From Promethearchaeota archaeon (lineage in GTDB: Archaea; Asgardarchaeota; Hermodarchaeia; Hermodarchaeales; Hermodarchaeaceae): DNA of 64,000 bases. Position numbers and translations under genes: made by a program. Location: positions 32,001 through 96,000 of the forward strand of contig JBHLPH010000004.1 of assembly GCA_048939625.1 (NCBI GenBank), in the 5' to 3' direction. The notes under the pieces are model-generated. The model was not told where the DNA came from. It ran no database searches and worked only from the letters and a program-made list of their open reading frames with translations. Positions within the stretch are counted from its first letter, which is position 1. The number at the start of each line of letters is the position of its first letter. Below, in pieces: positions 53,101-59,931 of the stretch.

Positions 53101-53715
53101 GTGTTCTTCAACTGGTCTAGATGGGGAATTGGCCAAGTGACTTGGCATGCGATAGGAAATGACACAATTGATGTCCTGCCTTGGGGTCAGTCGATGGCTG
53201 TAATGGTCTTTGTGCCAACTGTTGAAGACATGATTTGTATTCGAGTAGCAGTATCACATCCTGAAGATAGCAATCCTTACAATGATTGGGGTGTTGAAAA
53301 CACCTTAGCACTCTTCACTCCGGACCGCATCGGCATCGAATTGCCAGTCTTCAACCCAACTTCCAGAGAAAGCCATATGTTTATCCAATTGACTCAAGAT
53401 AACATATTAGGTGCTTTGTGGACAGCATCAGTTGATCATATTTCAGATTCACAACTAGGACCAAGTGAATCAACTAATATCATAATCAGTTTCGTTATCC
53501 CAGACGATGTTAGAGAAGGTGATATGCACAATTTCACAATAAACGCCTTTATCGAACAATATATCACAGGGGGAGTCAGTATTTGTCTAACGAAAAGACC
53601 GCCTCAATTAGTGATACCATGGCACCTAATCCTCCCGCTAATTGTTTTAGTGATTATCAGTATTATCATCGTATTCGTTTTTAAGAAGCGCTTTCGAGAA
53701 AGTGATGAAAATTAG
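50116..53715 (+). CDS. Membrane-anchored C25 (gingipain-like) cysteine peptidase
   Basis: Signal-like N-terminus, propeptide ('GNPNIP','PLQFNP'), 'YLII','YALLVGD','GRL', catalytic GHG and DCNTG, 'LFGDP', Ig/CARDB-like region, C-terminal TM. Confidence 0.88.
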   Translation: MSRFPLGLSYVFIIILICPSILMQPYSPLLLEDYPYSTPKDAEFCTEPLASAHLSTSKRALPIQGGSWVQFHSEAEIGGEPEITLLSSDTIRLVVLLECPGMWRDDIILNHTVYDRLEIISAESTADVGNPNIPVLTKMLEVPYDIDVSVELLDSEYQDLSDYHIAPRQELVYPTPSITYPRFFINTTVYNQNSFYPTSLTWIEGSLAANPIVIRGHRIITLHLAPLQFNPDRHICRVFSKIKVAVRFARPAAIEPISSRLQSSAFEGILENYLLNYPHGFYSGLSTLQNTTPWIPPIWTILPPSKQMPTSGCEYLIISHDDFVEKVRPLANWKIQKGITTKLISITGVFNELNWVVTSDPDTIRSAVSEYIQWAYNSWDLVPTYALLVGDEAHIPPHYMTIHPQYLTLSPTDLGYFQLDGPDYLPEMLHGRLSVDSDTQAETFVNKILQYEQNGVTDPTGNFYNRICASAYFQDRDNNGQEDPAFRLTQTAEKFREYVTSRSNPYDVDYFYVAGAYNLDPFAITPSTYEDGTPLDSSLAGHDWFHHFTQAQNVIDTINLGSFLLFNLGHGESRNFYRQSNGTFGPFDGWQYPPFVTDQFHLLTNGDKLPVVLSLDCNTGWFDEAYDYSPANYESFSEEITRKAGGGAVAALGASRPVQAPVSALMLEGIADAIWADYDGNIATGGLNNLGQIIHYSKMLVMEQWGYLGEELCSVNTFELYHLFGDPEMPLWTQEPEDLEVYYPTHIGMEGEQRFVVQVTRSGFPIGSARVCLQKGGELYAVNFTDSRGYAYFSVNPITSGSMNLTVTAKNHLPYTTVIFVTSGGGVQLSRASGAGETTITITGTKFTSANMVHLFIGNPWEEEGSGQVPVDGRVEFTYTIPSEQTEPLNFWLREIQVISIDPPIIFTVRAGVSYYSPYFEAPDLYTYCQWNEETWHLNPKGSSANENPCWDNPSIEVKDDQGNVVTSGNLQIGSIYTIHADIHNAGPIHANNVKVFFNWSRWGIGQVTWHAIGNDTIDVLPWGQSMAVMVFVPTVEDMICIRVAVSHPEDSNPYNDWGVENTLALFTPDRIGIELPVFNPTSRESHMFIQLTQDNILGALWTASVDHISDSQLGPSESTNIIISFVIPDDVREGDMHNFTINAFIEQYITGGVSICLTKRPPQLVIPWHLILPLIVLVIISIIIVFVFKKRFRESDEN

Positions 53716-53783
53716 GATTTTTCAATAAGTGGAAAGAAAACAAATGTGCCATACTCTATTTATAGTCGTGAAGACCACAGAGT

Positions 53784-53799
53784 GTGGATTCGGACCTTT
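53784..53799 (+). promoter_or_regulatory. 16-bp motif GTGGATTCGGACCTTT upstream of regulator 2
   Basis: Identical copy at 54982-54997; both end 83-86 bp before the MD start codon. Confidence 0.6.
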
Positions 53800-53872
53800 A
53801 GGGCGTTCTACAAGCAGAATGGAGTAAATTAGTGATTTAAGTTCTCCATATGACCTCAACATATACCTTAAC

Positions 53873-54850
53873 GTGATTGTTATGGATCTGGTTGACAAGA
53901 ACATTGTGTTCGAGCTTTCCGTCAATTATCGTGCTTCATATCAGACGATTGCCAAGAAACTAAATCTTTCTGTGAATGCTGTCAAGAAACGTATTGAGAA
54001 ACTAAAGGAGAGTGGAATAATTCGGGGAGGTTTATTACTTCCAATGAATGCAATGTTGGGGATGGAAGATTGGATAGCCATTTTGCATACTAAAAACCCC
54101 ACCCCTTCAAGTAATTTTCTTGACACATTGGGAAAACATCCATTGATGACTGCCGCAAGTATTCTTACAGATGGAAGTATTTTGTGCCATGGGAGTTACT
54201 CAGGAGCATATGGTCTTCGAGATATTGGATCGTTTTTACGGCAGATACCTGAAGTGGACTCTGTAGATTTTCATACACTTCTCTCTGTGCCAGGGAAACG
54301 TTGTGAATTATCAACTGCTGACTTGAAAGTCCTGAGATGTCTCTACGAAGAGCCTCGAATTTCTATTATAGATATTTCTAAAAAAACTGGCCTTAGTCCT
54401 CGCCGGATTCGAATGAGCATACACGAATTAATAGGTGAAAACGGCTCCGAACCGGCTCTATACTTGGAGTGGGAGCCGAGGGGTGGTTCTCGTCCTGAAG
54501 AGGTTAGTTTTAAGGTTTCAATTCACTGGGATTTGAATGCTGGTGGATATACGGCATTCATTATGATGATTCGACACGAAGAGGGGAGTGTGTCACAGTC
54601 TAAGATTGTTAGAATGTTAAAAGAACAGTATCCAATGGATTTTTGGTATGCATATGCCTCGGCGTTTGAGCCTGTGATTTTTTGTATTTTTGTCGTTGAA
54701 CACTTACGAGACGCTACAAACATTGCAAATACGATTCGGAAAATCCCTGAAGCGATTACTGCAAATACGATTTTTGGTTATCCAACTAAACGATATCGAA
54801 GTCCTATTGATGACTATTTTGAAGAACTTTTCAAGCAGATCGACGACTAA
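53873..54850 (+). CDS. Tandem Lrp/AsnC-type wHTH regulator (paralogue 2; likely start 53882)
   Basis: Same two-HTH layout; shared 'LNAGG', 'FWYAYASAFEPVIF'. Confidence 0.85.
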   Translation: MIVMDLVDKNIVFELSVNYRASYQTIAKKLNLSVNAVKKRIEKLKESGIIRGGLLLPMNAMLGMEDWIAILHTKNPTPSSNFLDTLGKHPLMTAASILTDGSILCHGSYSGAYGLRDIGSFLRQIPEVDSVDFHTLLSVPGKRCELSTADLKVLRCLYEEPRISIIDISKKTGLSPRRIRMSIHELIGENGSEPALYLEWEPRGGSRPEEVSFKVSIHWDLNAGGYTAFIMMIRHEEGSVSQSKIVRMLKEQYPMDFWYAYASAFEPVIFCIFVVEHLRDATNIANTIRKIPEAITANTIFGYPTKRYRSPIDDYFEELFKQIDD

Positions 54851-54981
54851 TTAGGGTTTTCACAACCTAATCGCTTTCCCTTCATTTTGCTTTACGTCTA
54901 ATTTGATACTGATGTCATCAGTAGTTAGGGGGTCCTTTTAGGTGAGCCGAACAAATTTTATGCTTTAAAATAGTGGTGTAA

Positions 54982-54997
54982 GTGGATTCGGACCTTT
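54982..54997 (+). promoter_or_regulatory. 16-bp motif GTGGATTCGGACCTTT upstream of regulator 3
   Basis: Identical to 53784-53799. Confidence 0.6.
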
Positions 54998-55073
54998 GAG
55001 ACAGCATTGGGTGGTTTTGTTAAGACAATACAGTCTTCAAGCTACTATCCTGCTAGCTGCAAAAAGGCATTAA

Positions 55074-56054
55074 GTGGTGGCAATGGACGCCGTGGACAAG
55101 AACATCATTTTCGAGCTATCGACAAACTATCGTGCTTCATATCAGGCTATTGCTAAGAAAATGGATCTTTCAGTGAATGCTGTTAAGAAGCGAATTGAGA
55201 AACTCAAAGAAAGTGGAGTAATTCGGGGTGGGTTATTACTTCCTATGAGGGCAATGTTGGAGATGGATGATTGGGTTGCCTTATTACGCACTGAAGATCC
55301 AATTCCTTCTGATCAGTTTCTTGATGTTATTGGGGCACATCGGTTAGTGGGATCTGCGAGTATTCTTACGGATGGTAGTATTTTGTGTTTTGGGTGGTAC
55401 CCTGGCTCTTCAGGGCTTGAGGAAATTGGTACATTCTTGCGTTCAACTCCTGGTGTTGAGTCGGTGGAATTTCATACGATTCTTGCGGATCCTGGGAAGC
55501 GCTGCGAGTTGTCTGTATCTGACGTGAAGGTGCTTCGATGTTTGCATAAAGAGCCACGGATGTCAATTAGTGATATTTCTAATGAAACGCGCCTTACGCC
55601 CCGCCGTATTCGGAAAATCATTGATGCGTTAATTGGTGAAAATGGTTCAGAGTCCAATATCTATTTGAATCACCCGTCCAGAGGGGGGAAGCGACCAGAA
55701 GAGGTATGCTTTCAACTAAGTTTGCGTTGGAATTTGAATGCTGGGGGACATACCGCATTTGTAATTATAATTCGCCATGAAGAGGGGGCCCAACCCCGTT
55801 CAAAGATTGTGGATATTCTCAAGGAGAACTTTCCGGTGAAATTTTGGTATGCGTATGCATCAGCCTTTGAGCCGGTGATTTTTTCTGTGTTCGTGGTTGA
55901 GCATATGCGCGAAGCCAGTGAAATCATTGAGACAATTCGTAAGACGCCTGAAGCGATTTCAGCGAATGCAATCTATGGATATCCTTCACGAATATTTCAC
56001 AGTCCCATAGATGATTACTTCGAAAAGCTCTTCAAACGACTAGAAAGAGACTAA
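55074..56054 (+). CDS. Tandem Lrp/AsnC-type wHTH regulator (paralogue 3; likely start 55083)
   Basis: Close paralogue of 53873..54850. Confidence 0.85.
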   Translation: MVAMDAVDKNIIFELSTNYRASYQAIAKKMDLSVNAVKKRIEKLKESGVIRGGLLLPMRAMLEMDDWVALLRTEDPIPSDQFLDVIGAHRLVGSASILTDGSILCFGWYPGSSGLEEIGTFLRSTPGVESVEFHTILADPGKRCELSVSDVKVLRCLHKEPRMSISDISNETRLTPRRIRKIIDALIGENGSESNIYLNHPSRGGKRPEEVCFQLSLRWNLNAGGHTAFVIIIRHEEGAQPRSKIVDILKENFPVKFWYAYASAFEPVIFSVFVVEHMREASEIIETIRKTPEAISANAIYGYPSRIFHSPIDDYFEKLFKRLERD

Positions 56055-56088
56055 AGCAGTGAAAGTTTTGACATAAGGAAAAGGTCTG

Positions 56089-56865
56089 TTAGAGGTCCCA
56101 ATCATATTTTGTGAAGAAGAAAGGATAACAGTCATCAGGTTTGAGTTCTTCAAGAGTTTCAGCAGGTAATAACCAGATATCAGTCTGAGAAGTGTAAGCA
56201 GCTGTTGTGACTTCGAGAACTGGGATTTCATGAATTGGATCATCGAGGGACTTGTTGAGTTTAAGCTCACCGGGTCCGATTTCAATTGGCCCGTAATTGA
56301 TTTTGTTAAGTAAACGGAGTAGTCGAGGATGGTTATCGACGGAAATGCCATCTATACCGGGGAAAGCTTTGAGCAGAAACCAAGGAGTTGCACTAAAGGC
56401 TTCTGGGAAGGGAGTCTGCATGATTGCTTTAATTTCGATTATAGGGATACCATGGCGGGTACACACACCATGTACAGCATTTCCTTTGCGTGTGAGCGTG
56501 ATTGAATCTGCGATTTTTTTGGGAAATCCATATAATTCACGTCCTGCGGCCATAGCGAGATCATTATCAACGGGCATGGCGAGGCAATAGCTTCCCTGTT
56601 CATTATTATATTGGACTTGCACGGAGAGTGCGGCTTCGTTGTAGGGAGCAATGAAGTTAGGTTCGAGAAATTCCGCGACATATGCTGTTCCTAGCGCTTC
56701 GGGGGAGGGTTCCAGTGGAGGGGGAATTATGCGTTTAATGACTTGGAGGTCAGTTTTGAAAATTACCATTAACATGTTGACCTTACCGAGGAGGAAGCCC
56801 TGTGCAAATTTCTTGCTTCGCTTTTTGAGGTCGTCTCGGGAGTGGACTAAACTCATTATAGACAC
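56089..56865 (-). CDS. Acetoacetate decarboxylase (Adc) family protein
   Basis: 'IIPPPLEP', 'PYNEAAL', Schiff-base motif 'AGRELYGFPKK'. Confidence 0.88.
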   Translation of the reverse strand: MSIMSLVHSRDDLKKRSKKFAQGFLLGKVNMLMVIFKTDLQVIKRIIPPPLEPSPEALGTAYVAEFLEPNFIAPYNEAALSVQVQYNNEQGSYCLAMPVDNDLAMAAGRELYGFPKKIADSITLTRKGNAVHGVCTRHGIPIIEIKAIMQTPFPEAFSATPWFLLKAFPGIDGISVDNHPRLLRLLNKINYGPIEIGPGELKLNKSLDDPIHEIPVLEVTTAAYTSQTDIWLLPAETLEELKPDDCYPFFFTKYDWDL

Positions 56866-56876
56866 CGGTTTGTATT

Positions 56877-57677
56877 CTAAGCTGGCTTTGTATTAAAGCG
56901 CTTAGTGTGTCGGTGTCGAAAAACAAAAGTAATTCCGAAAAGGATGACTAGCAATAAAACTCCAAGTCCTAGCCAAAACAGTGTTGTGTAGTTTTGTTCT
57001 TCGAGAGAAAGAATTCCTAAGGTATGGAAGTTGCTGGCTGTTAGTTCACGTGTGACGCGATATGTGTAGATTGCGTGTTGAGAGGCGAGGAGCTCGTAGG
57101 TATACTTGAGAAGAATTCCCTCCGTGTAGTGGAAGTACCAGTTTTCGCTACATTGTTGAAAATCGTCATCAATCGAAAACCATGCAACTGATTGGACTCG
57201 CCAACAGAGAAAGGTTCCGAATTCAAGAGAGATGTAGCTTGATGTGAGAGGGTAATTCCCTGTATACGGGGAGAAAGCCACAGAATGCCCATGGTGCCAT
57301 CTGGAAGTATTGACCCAAAGTGGAGGTTGGAGAGGTCTTTCAAGCAAAGTTCCATTTAATAATATGATTCGCCATGTTGAACTATTGAGGAACATTTCCC
57401 CCTGCAATATATCCTCGTTAGTGGACGAGATATTGATGAGGAAAAGCGAGTTACGTTGCACTGATGTTGCCGATTGGATTGTGAACTGTTCATCCCATTC
57501 ACCCTGCAGGTCATCAGTTACATGGTAGTTGAGAAAAAGCCCAGTGGGTAAAGATGCAAGCCTAGTCGGGATAGAAATTAAGAATGACAGTAATATGACG
57601 AATAACACAAACCGAATTCGTTTCTTTCTTAAAATCCTCATCGTGAACCCTTCAGTGTCAAAGATTGGCATGGGCAA
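56877..57677 (-). CDS. Hypothetical surface protein with N- and C-terminal TM
   Basis: Two terminal hydrophobic helices; 'WYFHYTEGILLKY'. Confidence 0.65.
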   Translation of the reverse strand: MPMPIFDTEGFTMRILRKKRIRFVLFVILLSFLISIPTRLASLPTGLFLNYHVTDDLQGEWDEQFTIQSATSVQRNSLFLINISSTNEDILQGEMFLNSSTWRIILLNGTLLERPLQPPLWVNTSRWHHGHSVAFSPYTGNYPLTSSYISLEFGTFLCWRVQSVAWFSIDDDFQQCSENWYFHYTEGILLKYTYELLASQHAIYTYRVTRELTASNFHTLGILSLEEQNYTTLFWLGLGVLLLVILFGITFVFRHRHTKRFNTKPA

Positions 57678-58635
57678 TCATTTCATCAATCATTGATTCG
57701 CGTAATCCAACATATTTTCGGAGAGGAAAGCTGACCCAAATCTCAACCTTCGAGATATTAGGTGCTTTTCGTATCACGGGAAGGATTTTTTCGGATTCAC
57801 GAATGTGGTTTACAATGAAGACACAATAGATAATCGGTTCAGTGGCAGCAACAAAGGAAAACCAGAATTCGAAGGGGAAGTGGCTTTTGAAGTATTGGAC
57901 AACTCCTTCAGGAGATCCTTTGCCTTCTTCCCAGTTAGTTCGAACAACAAACGCATTACCGCCTCCTGCATTAAGGTCCCAGTAGATGCGAAAATGTAAG
58001 GCAGCTTTGGATTGGCTAATTTCCGGTTTGTATTCTTTATCAACAAGAGTTTCGATGGGAGTTCCAACCTTGCCATGAAAGTCTTGGATGACGCTGCGAA
58101 TGCGTCGAGGTGTTAAACCAGTTTGCTCTGAAATTTGTGAGATAGGCATCCGTGCATCCTCTCGTAGAGATCGGAGGACTTTCAAATGTCCGTCTGTCAT
58201 AGGAATTTTTTGACCACGATCTGCAATGAGAGTGTGAATTTCAACGTTCGCGACGCCTGGCAGTTGGCGAAGAAATCCACCGAGTTCAGATAGACCTTGT
58301 GCTCCGATATATTCTGCGAAGACGAGGATGGATCCATCAGAAAGATAACCAGCACTGAAAACGGATGGATGTGCACCTATGCGGTCTAGAAATTCTGGAC
58401 TGAAATGGGTGTCGCTAAGAGTGATTCGGGCAAGGAACCATTCAGCGTCCATCATGGCTAGACTGAGATACACATAATATCGTTGGATAACTCCTTCTTC
58501 TTCCAGTTTCAATATTCTTTTCTTCACAGCGTTCACTGTAAGGTCTAGCCGAGTTGCGATTGTTTGATAAGTGACTCGACAGTTGGTTGCGAGTTCGAGA
58601 AGAATGCTTTTGTCTACAATATCCAATGGAGGCAC
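57658..58635 (-). CDS. Tandem Lrp/AsnC-type wHTH regulator (paralogue 4, more divergent)
   Basis: 'LDIVDKSILLEL..NCRVTYQTIA..LDLTVNAVKKR', 'WDLNAGG', 'FWFSFVAATEPI'. Confidence 0.85.
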   Translation of the reverse strand: MPPLDIVDKSILLELATNCRVTYQTIATRLDLTVNAVKKRILKLEEEGVIQRYYVYLSLAMMDAEWFLARITLSDTHFSPEFLDRIGAHPSVFSAGYLSDGSILVFAEYIGAQGLSELGGFLRQLPGVANVEIHTLIADRGQKIPMTDGHLKVLRSLREDARMPISQISEQTGLTPRRIRSVIQDFHGKVGTPIETLVDKEYKPEISQSKAALHFRIYWDLNAGGGNAFVVRTNWEEGKGSPEGVVQYFKSHFPFEFWFSFVAATEPIIYCVFIVNHIRESEKILPVIRKAPNISKVEIWVSFPLRKYVGLRESMIDEMIAHANL

Positions 58636-58815
58636 CTTATCTTGGGGGTTGACCTGAATTGGCTGTTCTCGGATATATTTACGAGGAATGGCGAAGCTAG
58701 TCTTTGGATTCTCCGTTGTCAGGAATTCAGCGAGATATAATTCGTAAGCACTCCGGTTTAATCCTTTTGAAATGTAGCATGCCTTTTGAATGCCCTAATA
58801 AAAAATAAATAAAAA

Positions 58816-58940
58816 AGCCGGGTCTTCAGGGTATCCTTCCCCTCCATTTCGGCACTTCCCGGTCCGTGCGCATGGGTGGCAATGGACCATTTTGGACAAC
58901 GGATTCGGAGTTTTCGTCCGGTTACCGAGAAGACCCGGCT
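58816..58940 (-). other. Structured 3' RNA element B (125 nt) followed by U-tract
   Basis: Perfect 12-bp closing stem AGCCGGGTCTTC/GAAGACCCGGCT, inner GGAC/GTCC and GGTCC/GGACC hairpins, then TTTTTATTTATTTTTT. Confidence 0.7.
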
Positions 58941-59000
58941 AAGGTCAGCGTCCAAGGTCCGTGTCACTGGTGTGTCAGTGTCGATCCCTAGTAATCATGA

Positions 59001-59123
59001 TTAGCGTCGTGAAGTTACGACAGCAAAGGTGATTCGGTCTCGTGGAGTGCCTTTGGGGTTTTTCGCACCGGTAACAGCGCGTTCTGCAAGGGCCATTTTG
59101 GCAATTTTCTTTTTCGGAGCCAT
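59001..59123 (-). CDS. Basic peptide B, 40 aa (three-member family; not in ORF track)
   Basis: MAPKKKIAKMALAERAVTGAKNPKGTPRDRITFAVVTSRR; GGTGA upstream. Confidence 0.8.
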   Translation of the reverse strand: MAPKKKIAKMALAERAVTGAKNPKGTPRDRITFAVVTSRR

Positions 59124-59175
59124 TTTTGTTCACCGTCCCGCCGATGCGAGACAATGATACCTAACCCGAAAATTG

Positions 59176-59260
59176 CATATTATTCGATGGGAGCTTGTCA
59201 GTGCAAAAATCCGACAAAAAGAGAGAGAGTGTGCCAACTTTTGCACTAAGTGGTGCAAAA
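59176..59260 (-). promoter_or_regulatory. Conserved promoter box and perfect palindromic operator, unit B
   Basis: Minus TTGCACT-N5-GCTCCCATCGA-ATAATATG; TTTTGCAC-TAAGTG-GTGCAAAA at 59239-59260. Confidence 0.8.
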
Positions 59261-59298
59261 ATCAGGAACGCACCCTGAAAAGGACTTGGGTGGGAGTA

Positions 59299-59423
59299 AA
59301 CCGGGCCTACGAAAGCTCCCGACCACAAGAACCACGAAATTAGATCACCCGTTGCTGAATCGCTACTGCGCCGATTCCCCAGCAACAGGAAGAGGAACAA
59401 GTGGCGGTTGTGTAGGCCCGATT
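59299..59423 (-). other. Structured 3' RNA element C (125 nt)
   Basis: Closing stem AATCGGGCCTAC/GTAGGCCCGGTT (one G.U); inner CCTGTTGCT/AGCAACGGG and GAATCG/CGATTC. Confidence 0.7.
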
Positions 59424-59481
59424 GACGTGGCTGCAAGGGGTTTTTGGTGATCGTTTCTTCACCATAGGGATTCCTCACAGC

Positions 59482-59622
59482 CTAGCGTCGGCTAAGGACC
59501 AGCATGACTGCATATCGAGTCCGAGGTTTTGCTACCGGATGGGGGTTACGGCAGCCGGCTACGGCACGTTCAGTCGCCGACATATCTGCTAGTTTCTTAT
59601 GTTTATGTTCGGATTTGGCCAT
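59482..59622 (-). CDS. Basic peptide C, 46 aa (three-member family; not in ORF track)
   Basis: MAKSEHKHKKLADMSATERAVAGCRNPHPVAKPRTRYAVMLVLSRR; GGAGG upstream. Confidence 0.8.
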   Translation of the reverse strand: MAKSEHKHKKLADMSATERAVAGCRNPHPVAKPRTRYAVMLVLSRR

Positions 59623-59697
59623 CTCAAATCCCTCCAATTGTGTGTCACCAGGATCCCTGTTGGGAATCCCAGAGCAAATACGAATCGGCGTCCGTTT

Positions 59698-59832
59698 GAT
59701 AAGAATCGATGGGAGCAGCCGAGTTCAAAATCCCGCAATTTCCACTTTTGGATTCAGAAATCTTGAACTTCGCAATGCAAAACCGAGTAAGAGGATTTGC
59801 CTTTTTGCGAATTGTTGAACTCTCAAGTGTAA
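59698..59832 (-). promoter_or_regulatory. Conserved promoter box and two phased operators, unit C
   Basis: Minus TTGAACT-N5-GCTCCCATCGA-TTCTTATC; plus TTGAAC-N6-ATGCAA (59763-80) and TTGAAC-N6-GTGTAA (59815-32). Confidence 0.75.
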
Positions 59833-59931
59833 AATTCCGTTCTTCGAGGGATTTTTGATGTGTTAGACCCGAGAGCATTTTAGCCAAGGAGATGTATTTC
59901 TAACAGTGAAACGTCGTTAATATAGTAGTGA

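Noticed and set aside
58052-58061. Fourth TCGATGGGAG box
   Set aside because: Lies inside the regulator 4 coding sequence, without the flanking half-site or a downstream peptide; likely chance.
58816-58940. Cobalamin riboswitch (GCCAC...GGGAAG...GAAGACC resemblance in a B12-rich window)
   Set aside because: Lacks the AANAGGGAA, GGTGNAANTCC and ACTGT core, and elements A and C lack these words. An Infernal search would settle it.
58816-59622. Integron cassettes (ORF plus attC)
   Set aside because: No RYYYAAC/GTTRRRY boxes, no integrase in the window, and each unit has its own promoter-like box.
58758-59887. Track ORFs 58758..58967, 59161..59478, 59250..59450, 59504..59818 and 59645..59887
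   Set aside because: No motifs; they overlie the peptide genes, promoters and GC-rich hairpins that explain the region better.
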